Assembly (NCBI GenBank): GCA_964016885.1
Contig: OZ024743.1
Span: forward strand, 280,674,001-280,738,000
Direction of reading: 5' to 3'
Origin: Eledone cirrhosa
Taxonomy: Eukaryota
Length of the DNA stretch: 64,000 nucleotides
Shown piece by piece: positions 53,901 through 64,000 of this stretch (the first letter of the stretch is position 1; each line of letters opens with the position of its first letter). Below the pieces are notes generated by a model. That model saw nothing but the letters and a program-made list of their open reading frames with translations, was not told the DNA's origin and ran no database searches. A program made the position numbers and the translations under genes.

Positions 53901-56900
53901 TGTGGCCATGGTGTGTATGTCCGGGTAGATATGTTTGTGATCATGGTGTGTATGTCTGGGTAGATATTTGTGTGGCTAGGATGTGTATGCTTGGGTAGAT
54001 ATGTTTGTGGCCACGGTGTGTATGTCTGGGTAGATATGTTTGTGGCCATTGTGTGCATGTCTGGGTAGATATGTTTGTGGCTACGGTGTGTATGTCTGGG
54101 TAGATATGTTTGTGACCATGGTGTGTATGTCTCGGTAGATATGTTTGTGGTTACGGTGTGTATGTCTGGGTAGATATGTTTGTGGCTACGGTGTGTATGT
54201 CGGGGTAGATATGTTTGTGGCCATGGTGTGTATGTCTGGGTAGATATGTTTGTGACTACGGTGTGTATGTCGGGGTAGATATGTTTGTGGCCATGGTGTG
54301 TATGTCTGGGTAGATATGTTTGTGACCATGGTGTGCATGTCTGGGTAGATATGTTTGTGACCATGGTGTGTATGTCGGTGTAGATATGTTTGTGACCATG
54401 GTGTGCATGTCTGGGTAGATATGTTTGTGGCCATGGTGTGTATGTCTGGGTAGGTAGATATGTTTGTGACCATGGTGTGCATATCTGGGTAGATATGTTT
54501 GTGGCTACGGTGCGTATGTCTGGGTAGATATGTTTGTGACCATGGTGTGTATGTCGGGGTAGATATGTTTGGGGCCATGGTGTGTATGTCGGGGTAGATA
54601 TGTTTGTGACCATGGTGTGTATGTCGGGGTAGATATGTTTATGACCATGCTGTGTATGTCTGGGTAGATATGTTTGTGACCATGGTGTGTATGTCGGGGT
54701 AGACATGTTTGTGGCCATGGTGTGTATGTCGGGGTAGACATGTTTGTGGCTACGGTGTGTATGTCTGGGTAGATATGTTTGTGGCTACGGTGTGTATGTC
54801 GGGGTAGATATGTTTGTGGCCATGGTGTGTATGTCGGGGTAGATATGTTTGTGACCATGGTGTGTATGTCGGGGTAGATATGTTTGTGACGATGGTGTGT
54901 ATGTCGGGGTAGATATGTTTGTGACCATGGTGTGTATGTCGGGGTAGATATATTTGTGGCCATGGTGTGCATGTCTGGGTAGATATGTTTGTGGCCATGG
55001 TGTGCATGTCTGGGTAGATATGTTTGTGACCATGGTGTGTATGTGTGGGTAGCTATATTTGTGATAACGGTGTGTATGTCTGGGTAGATATGTTTGTGGC
55101 TACGGTGTGTATATCTGGGTAAAAATGTTTGTGCTACGGTGTACATGTCTGGGTAGATATGTTTGTGGCTACGGTGTGTATGTCTGGGTAGATATGTTTG
55201 TGGCCATGGTGTGTATGTCGGGGTAGATATGTTTTTGACCACGGTGTGTATGTCTGGGTAGATATGTTTGTGGCTACGGTGTGTATATCTGGGTAGAAAT
55301 GTTTGTGCTACGGTGTACATGTCTGGGTAGATATGTTTGTGGCCATGGTGTGTATGTCGGGGTAGATATGTTTTTGACCACGGTGTGTATGTCTGGGTAG
55401 ATATGTTTGTGGCTACGGTGTGTATATCTGGGTAGATATGTTTGTGCTACGGTGTGCATGTCTGGGTAGATATGTTTCTGGCTACGGTGTGTATGTCGGG
55501 GTAGATGTGTTTGTGACCACGGTGTGTATGTCTGTGTAGATATGTTTGTGGCTACGGTGTGTATGTCGGGGTAGACATGGTTGTGGCCATGGTGTGTATG
55601 TCTGGGTAGATATGTTTGTGGCCATGGTGTGTATGTCTGGCTAGATATGTTTGTGGCCATGGTGTGTATGTCTGGGTAGATATGTTTGTGGCCATGGTGT
55701 GTATGTCTGGCTAGATATGTTTGTGGCCATGGTGTGTATGTCTGGGTAGATATGTTTGTGGCCACGGTGTGTATGTCGGGGTAGATATGTTTGTGGCCAT
55801 GGTGTGTATGTCAGGGTAGATATGTTTGTGACCATGGTGTGCATGTCTGGGTAGATATGTTTGTGACCATGGTGTGTATGTCGGGGTAGATATGTTTGTG
55901 ACCATGGTGTGCATGTCTGGGTAGATATGTTTGTGGCCATGGTGTGTATATCTGGGTAGGTAGATATGTTTGTGACCATGGTGTGCATGTCTGGGTAGAT
56001 ATGTTTGTGACCATGGTGTGTATGTCGGGGTAGACATGTTTGTGGCCATGGTGTGCATGTCTGGGTAGATATGTTTGTGGCCATGGTGTGTATGTCGGGG
56101 TAGATATGTTTGTGGCCATGGTGTGTATGTCTGGGTAGATATGTTTGTGGCTACGGTGTGTATGTATGGGTAGATGTGTTTGTGACCATGGTGTGTATGT
56201 CGGGGTAGATATGTTTGTGGCCATGGTGTGTATGTCGGGGTAGATATGTTTGTGACCATGGTGTGTATGTCGGGGTAGATATGTTTGTGACCATGGTGTG
56301 TATGTCGGGGTAGATATGTTTGTGGCCATGGTGTGTATGTCGGGGTAGACATGTTTGTGGCTACGGTGTGTATGTCTGGGTAGATATGTTTGTGGCTACG
56401 GTGTGTATGTCGGGGTAGATATGTTTGTGGCCATGGTGTGTATGTCGGAGTAGATATGTTTGTGACCATGGTGTGTATGTCGGGGTAGATATGTTTGTGA
56501 CCATGGTGTGTATGTCGGGGTAGATATGTTTGTGACCATGGTGTGTATGTCGGGGTAGATATGTTTGTGACCATGGTGTGTATGTCGGGGTAGATATGTT
56601 TGTGACCATGGTGTGTATGTCGGGGTAGATATGTTTGTGGCCATGGTGTGTATGTCGGGGTAGATATGTTTGTGACCATGGTGTGCATGTCGGGGTAGAT
56701 ATGTTTGTGGCTACGGTGTGCATGTCTGGGTAGATATGTTTGTGGCCACGGTGTGTATGTCTGGGTAGATATGTTTGTGATTATGGTGTGTATGTGTGGG
56801 TAGCTATGTTTGTGACCACGGTGTGTATGTCTGGGTAGATATGTTTGTGGCTACGGTGTGTATATCTGGGTAGATATGTTTGTGCTACGGTGTGCATGTC

Positions 56901-59900
56901 TGGGTAGATATGTTTGTGGCTACGGTGTGTATGTCGGGGTAGATATGTTTTTGACCATGCTGTGTATGTCGGGGTAGATATGTTTGTGGCTACGGTGTGT
57001 ATGTCGGGGTAGATATGTTCGTGACCACGGTGTGTATGTCTGGGTAGATATGTTTGTGGCTACGGTGTGTATCTCGGGGTAGACATGGTTGTGGCCATGG
57101 TGTGTATGTCTGGGTAGATATGTTTGTGGCCATGGTGTGTATGTCTGGGTAGATATGTTTGTGGCTACGGTGTGCATGTCTGGGTAGTTATGTTTGTGAC
57201 CATGGTGTGTATGTCTGGGTAGATATATTTTTGACCACGGTGTGTATGTCTGGGTAGATATGTTTGTGGCTACGGTGTGTATGTCTGGGTAGATATGTTT
57301 GTGGCCATGGTGTGTATGTCTGTGGAGATATGTTTGTGGCCTTGGTGTGTATGTCTGGTAGATATGTTTGTGACCATGGTGTGTATATCTGGGTAGATAT
57401 CTTTGTGCTACGGTGTGTATGTCTGGGTAGATATGTTTGTGGCCATGGTGTGTATGGCTGGGTAGATACGTTTGTGGCTACGGTGTGTATGTCCGGGTAG
57501 ATATGTTTGTGGCTACGGAGTCTATGTCTGGGTAGATATGTTTGTGGCTACGGTGTGTATGTCTGGGTAGATATGTTTGTGGCCATGGTGTGCATGTCTG
57601 GGTAGATATGTTTGTGGCTACGGTGTGTATGTCTGGGTAGATATGTCTGTGGCTACGGTGTGTATGTCGGGGTAGATATGTTTGTGGCTATGGTGTGTAT
57701 GTCTGGGTAGATATGTTTGTGGCTACGGTGTGTATGTCTGGGGAGATATGTTTGTGGCTACGGTGTGTATGTCTGGGTAGATATGTTTGTGGCTACGGTG
57801 TGTATATATGGGTAGATATGTTTGTGCTACGGTGTGTATGTCTGGGTAGATATGTTTGTGGCTACGGTGTGTATGTCTGGGGAGATATGTTTGTGGCCAC
57901 GGTGTGCATGTCTGGGTAGATATGTTTGTGGCCATGGTGTGCATGTCTGGGTAGATATGTTTGTGACCACGGTGTGCATGTCGGGGTAGATATGTTTGTG
58001 GCCATGGTGTGTATGTCTGGGTAGATATGTTTGTGGCCATGGTGTGTATGTCGGGGTAGATATGTTTGTGGCCATGGTGTGTATGCCTGGGTAGATATGT
58101 TTGTGGCTACGGTGTGTATGTCGGGGTAGATATGTTTGTGGTTACGGTGTGCATGTCTGGGTAGATATGTTTGTGGCCATGGTGTGTATGTCTGGGTAGA
58201 TATGTTTGTGACCATGGTGTGCATGTCTGGGTAGATATGTTTGTGACCATGGTGTGCATGTCTGGGTAGATATGTTTGTGGCCACGGTGTGTATGTCTGG
58301 GTAGATATGTTTGTGACCATGGTGTGTATGTCTGGGTAGATATGTTTGTGGCTACGGTGTGCATGTCTGGGTAGATATGTTTGTGACCATGGTGTGTATG
58401 TCTGGGTAGATATGTTTGTGGCTACGGTGTGCATGTCTGGGTAGATATGTTTGTGGCTACGGTGTGTATGTCTGGGTAGATATGTTTGTGGCCATGGTGT
58501 GTATGTCGGGGTAGATATGTTTGTGGCCATGGTGTGTATGTCTGGGTAGATATGTTTGTGACCATGGTGTGTATGTCTGAGTAGATATGTTTGTGGCCAC
58601 GGTGTGTATGTCCGGGTAGATATGTTTGTGATCATGGTGTGTATGTCTGGGTAGATATGTTTGTGGCTACGGTGTGTATGCTTGGGTAGATATGTTTGTG
58701 GCCACGGTGTGTATGTCTGGGTAGATATGTTTGTGGCCATTGTGTGCATGTCTGGGTAGATATGTTTGTGGCTACGGTGTGTATGTCTGGGTAGATATGT
58801 TTGTGACCATGGTGTGTATGTCTCGGTAGATATGTTTGTGGTTACGGTGTGTATGTCTGGGTAGATATGTTTGTGGCTACGGTGTGTATGTCGGGGTAGA
58901 TATGTTTGTGGCCATGGTGTGTATGTCTGGGTAGATATGTTTGTGACTACGGTGTGTATGTCGGGGTAGATATGTTTGTGGCCATGGTGTTTATGTCTGG
59001 GTAGATATGTTTGTGACCATGGTGTGCATGTCTGGGTAGATATGTTTGTGACCATGGTGTGTATGTCGGGGTAGATATGTTTGTGACCATGGTGTGCATG
59101 TCTGGGTAGATATGTTTGTGGCCATGGTGTGTATGTCTGGGTAGGTAGATATGTTTGTGACCATGGTGTGCATATCTGGGTAGATATGTTTGTGGCTACG
59201 GTGCGTATGTCTGGGTAGATATGTTTGTGACCATGGTGTGTATGTCGGGGTAGATATGTTTGGGGCCATGGTGTGTATGTCGGGGTAGATATGTTTGTGA
59301 CCATGGTGTGTATGTCGGGGTAGATATGTTTATGACCATGCTGTGTATGTCTGGGTAGATATGTTTGTGACCATGGTGTGTATGTCGGGGTAGACATGTT
59401 TGTGGCCATGGTGTGTATGTCGGGGTAGACATGTTTGTGGCTACGGTGTGTATGTCTGGGTAGATATGTTTGTGGCTACGGTGTGTATGTCGGGGTAGAT
59501 ATGTTTGTGGCCATGGTGTGTATGTCGGGGTAGATATGTTTGTGACCATGGTGTGTATGTCGGGGTAGATATGTTTGTGACGATGGTGTGTATGTCGGGG
59601 TAGATATGTTTGTGACCATGGTGTGTATGTCGGGGTAGATATATTTGTGGCCATGGTGTGCATGTCTGGGTAGATATGTTTGTGGCCATGGTGTGCATGT
59701 CTGGGTAGATATGTTTGTAACCATGGTGTGTATGTCGGGGTAGATATGTTTGTGACCATGGTGTGTATGTGTGGGTAGCTATATTTGTGATAACGGTGTG
59801 TATGTCTGGGTAGATATGTTTGTGGCTACGGTGTGTATATCTGGGTAGAAATGTTTGTGCTACGGTGTACATGTCTGGGTAGATATGTTTGTGGCTACGG

Positions 59901-62900
59901 TGTGTATGTCTGGGTAGATATGTTTGTGGCCATGGTGTGTATGTCGGGGTAGATATGTTTTTGACCACGGTGTGTATGTCTGGGTAGATATGTTTGTGGC
60001 TACGGTGTGTATATCTGGGTAGAAATGTTTGTGCTACGGTGTACATGTCTGTGTAGATATGTTTGTGGCCATGGTGTGTATGTCGGGGTAGATATGTTTT
60101 TGACCACGGTGTGTATGTCTGGGTAGATATGTTTGTGGCTACGGTGTGTATATCTGGGTAGATATGTTTGTGCTACGGTGTGCATGTCTGGGTAGATATG
60201 TTTCTGGCTACGGTGTGTATGTCGGGGTAGATGTGTTTGTGACCACGGTGTGTATGTCTGTGTAGATATGTTTGTGGCTACGGTGTGTATGTCGGGGTAG
60301 ACATGGTTGTGGCCATGGTGTGTATGTCTGGGTAGATATGTTTGTGGCCATGGTGTGTATGTCTGGCTAGATATGTTTGTGGCCATGGTGTGTATGTCTG
60401 GGTAGATATGTTTGTGGCTACGGTGTGCATGTCTGGGTAGTTATGTTTGTGACCATGGTGTGTATGTCTGGGTAGATATGTTTTTGACCACGGTGTGTAT
60501 GTCTGGGTAGATATGTTTGTGGCTACGGTGTGTATGTCTGGGTAGATATGTTTGTGGCCATGGTGTGTATGTCTGGGTAGATATGTTTGTGGCCATGGTG
60601 TGTATGTCTGGGTAGATATGTTTGTGACCATGGTGTGTATATCTGGGTAGATATGTTTGTGCTACGGTGTGTATGTCTGGGTAGATATGTTTGTGGCCAT
60701 GGTGTGTATGGCTGGGTAGATATGTTTGTGGCTACGGTGTGTATGTCCGGGTAGATATGTTTGTGGCTACGGAGTGTATGTCTGGGTAGATATGTTTGTG
60801 GCTACGGTGTGTATGTCTGGGTAGATATGTTTGTGGCCATGGTGTGCATGTCTGGGTAGATATGTTTGTGGCTACGGTGTGTATGTCTGGGTAGATATGT
60901 CTGTGGCTACGGTGTGTATGTCGGGGTAGATATGTTTGTGGCTATGGTGTGTATGTCTGGGTAGATATGTTTGTGGCTACGGTGTGTATGTCTGGGGAGA
61001 TATGTTTGTGGCTACGGTGTGTATGTCTGGGTAGATATGTTTGTGGCTACGGTGTGTATATCTGGGTATATATGTTTGTGCTACGGTGTGTATGTCTGGG
61101 TAGATATGTTTGTGGCTACGGTGTGTATGTCTGGGGAGATATGTTTGTGGCCATGGTGTGTATGTCTGGGTAGATATGTTTGTGGCTACGGTGTGTATGT
61201 CTGGGTAGATATGTTTGTGGCCACGGTGTGCATGTCTGGGTAGATATGTTTGTGGCCATGGTGTGCATGTCTGGGTAGATATGTTTGTGGCCACGGTGTG
61301 TATGTCTGGGTAGATATGTTTGTGACCATGGTGTGTATGTCTGGGTAGATATGTTTGTGGCTACGGTGTGCATGTCTGGGTAGATATATTTGTGACCATG
61401 GTGTGTATGTCTGGGTAGATATGTTTGTGGCCATGGTGTGCATGTCTGGGTAGATATGTTTGTGGCCATGGTGTGTATGTCTGGGTAGATATGTTTGTGG
61501 CCATGGTGTGTATGTCTGGGTAGATATGTTTGTGACCATGGTGTGCATGTCTGGGTAGATATGTTTGTGACCATGGTGTGTATGTCGGGGTAGATATGTT
61601 TGTGACCATGGTGTGCATGTCTGAGTAGATATGTTTGTGGCCATGGTGTGTATGTCTGGGTAGGTAGATATGTTTGTGACCATGGTGTTCATGTCTGGGT
61701 AGATATGTTTGTGACCATGGTGTGCATGTCTGGGTAGATATGTTTGTGGCCATGGTGTGCATGTCTGGGTAGATATGTTTGTGGCCATGGTGTGTATGTC
61801 TGGGTAGATATGTTTGTGGCCATGGTGTGTATGTCTGGGTAGATATGTTTGTGACCATGGTGTGCATGTCTGGGTAGATATGTTTGTGACCATGGTGTGT
61901 ATGTCGGGGTAGATATGTTTGTGACCATGGTGTGCATGTCTGGGTAGATATGTTTGTGGCCATGGTGTTTATGTCTGGGTAGGTAGATATGTTTGTGACC
62001 ATGGTGTTCATGTCTGCTTAGATATGCTTGTGACCATGGTGTGTATGTCGGGGTAGATATGTTTGTGACCATGGTGTGCATGTCTGGGTAGATATGTTTG
62101 TGACCATGGTTTGTATGTCGGGGTAGATATGTTTGTGGCTACCGTGTGTATGTCGGGGTAGATATGTTTGTGGCTACGGTGTGTATGTCTGGGTAGATAT
62201 GTTTGTGGCCATGGTGTGCATGTCTGGGTAGATATGTTTGTGGCCATGGTGTGTATGTCGCGGTAGATATGTTTGTGGCTACGGTGTGTATGTCGGGGTA
62301 GATATGTTTGTGGCTACGGTGTGTATGTCGGGGTACATATATTTGTGGCCACGGTGTGTATGTCTGGGTAGATATGTTTGTGACCATGGTGTGTATGTCT
62401 GGGTAGATATGTTTGTGGCTACGGTGTGCATGTCTGGGTAGATATGTTTGTGGCCACGGTGTGTATGTCTGGGTAGATATGTTTCTGACCATGGTGTGTA
62501 TGTCTGGGTAGATATGTTTGTGGCTACGGTGTGCATGTCTGGGTAGATATGTTTGTGACCATGGTGTGTATGTCTGGGTAGATATGTTTGTGGCTACGGT
62601 GTGCATGTCTGGGTAGATATGTTTGTGGCCATGGTGTGCATGTCTGGGTAGATATGTTTGTGGCCATGGTGTGTATGTCTGGGTAGATATGTTTGTGGCC
62701 ATGGTGTGTATGTCTGGGTAGATATGTTTGTGACCATGGTGTGCATGTCTGGGTAGATATGTTTGTGACCATGGTGTGTATGTCGGGGTAGATATGTTTG
62801 TGACCATGGTGTGCATGTCTGAGTAGATATGTTTGTGGCCATGGTGTGTATATCTCGGTAGGTAGATATGTTTGTGACCATGGTGTTCATGTCTGGGTAG

Positions 62901-64000
62901 ATATGTTTGTGACCATGGTGTGCATGTCTGGGTAGATATGTTTGTGACCATGGTGTGTATGTCGGGGTAGATATGTTTGTGACCATGGTGTGCATGTCTG
63001 GGTAGATATGTTTGTGGCCATGGTGTTTATGTCTGGGTAGGTAGATATGTTTGTGACCATGGTGTTCATGTCTGGGTAGATATGTTTGTGACCATGGTGT
63101 GTATGTCGGGGTAGATATGTTTGTGACCATGGTGTGCATGTCTGGGTAGATATGTTTGTGACCATGGTGTGTATGTCGGGGTAGATATGTTTGTGGCTAC
63201 CGTGTGTATGTCGGGGTAGATATGTTTGTGGCTACGGTGTGTATGTCTGGGTAGATATGTTTGTGGCCATGGTGTGCATGTCTGGGTAGATATGTTTGTG
63301 GCCATGGTGTGTATGTCGGGGTAGATATGTTTGTGGCTACGGTGTGTATGTCGGGGTAGATATGTTTGTGGCTACGGTGTGTATGTCTGGGTCGATATGT
63401 TTGTGGCCATGGTGTGTATGTCTGGGTAGATATGTTTGTGGCCATGGTGTGTATGTCTGGGTAGATATGTTTGTGGCCATGGTGTGTATGTCTGGGTAGA
63501 TATGTTTGTGGCTACGGTGTATATGTCGGGGTAGATATGTTTTTGACCATGGTGTGTATGTCGGGGTATATATGTTTGTGGCTACGGTGTGTATGTCGGG
63601 GTAGATATGTTTGTGACCACGGTGTGTATGTCTGTGTAGGTATGTTTGTGGCTACGGTGTGTATGTCGGGGTAGACATGGTTGTGGCCATGGTGTGTATG
63701 TCTGGGTAGATATGTTTGTGGCCATGGTGTGTATGTCTGGCTAGATATGTTTGTGGCCATGGTGTGTATGTCTGGGTAGATATGTTTGTGGCTACGGTGT
63801 GCATGTCTGGGTAGTTATGTTTGTGACCATGGTGTGTATGTCTGGGTAGATATGTTTTTGACCACGGTGTGTATGTCTGGGTAGATATGTTTGTGGCTAC
63901 GGTGTGTATGTCTGGGTAGATATGTTTGTGGCCATGGTGTGTATGTCTGGGTAGATATGTTTGTGGCCATGGTGTGTATGTCTGGGTAGATATGTTTGTG
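14978..64000. repeat. 35-bp satellite DNA array, consensus GGTGTG[T/C]ATGTC[T/G]GGGTAGATATGTTTGTG[G/A]C[C/T]A[T/C], ~1,400 monomers, runs off the window end
   Basis: Uninterrupted head-to-tail 35-mers in a single orientation, with occasional 34-bp and 39-bp variants and no spacers. Copy number is length divided by 35. Confidence 0.99.

Noticed and set aside
15711-63760. Hundreds of His/Thr/Pro-rich ORFs as real genes
   Set aside because: The same peptide appears in all three frames because 35 is not a multiple of 3. Stops and 34/39-bp frameshifting monomers are frequent, and there are no unique termini.
14978-64000. CRISPR array (35-bp repeats)
   Set aside because: Monomers are directly adjacent with no unique spacers, there are no cas genes, and the context is eukaryotic.
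14978-64000. Telomeric repeat array
   Set aside because: It is G/T-skewed but contains no TTAGGG-type repeats. A subtelomeric position cannot be judged from this window.

Overview
Repeat-only eukaryotic window with no host gene that I can support. The microsatellite load and SINE relics suggest an octopus-like cephalopod (inference from recalled repeat sequences). The first ~15 kb is a mosaic of (TA)n/(TG)n/(GATA)n/(TATG)n tracts filled with mobile-element pieces. These include a 5'-truncated Penelope-like element (PLE) with an intact RT-thumb/GIY-YIG ORF and terminal repeat, a second decayed PLE, and several solo PLE-type terminal repeats. There are also a CR1-group LINE 3' end, a hAT-like transposase relic and tRNA-derived SINE relics. 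About eight minimal type-I hammerhead ribozyme motifs from three repeat families lie within 10 kb; one family carries a U3-A8 core variant with covarying stem II. A 739-bp non-coding, highly base-paired unit with a perfect 131-bp terminal redundancy sits inside a (TA)n tract and is not explained by anything I recognise. From ~14,980 to the end of the window is one 35-bp satellite array (~49 kb, ~1,400 monomers) with nested higher-order repeats from 455 bp up to ~13.5 kb. All the His/Thr/Pro-rich ORFs there are by-products of the satellite.
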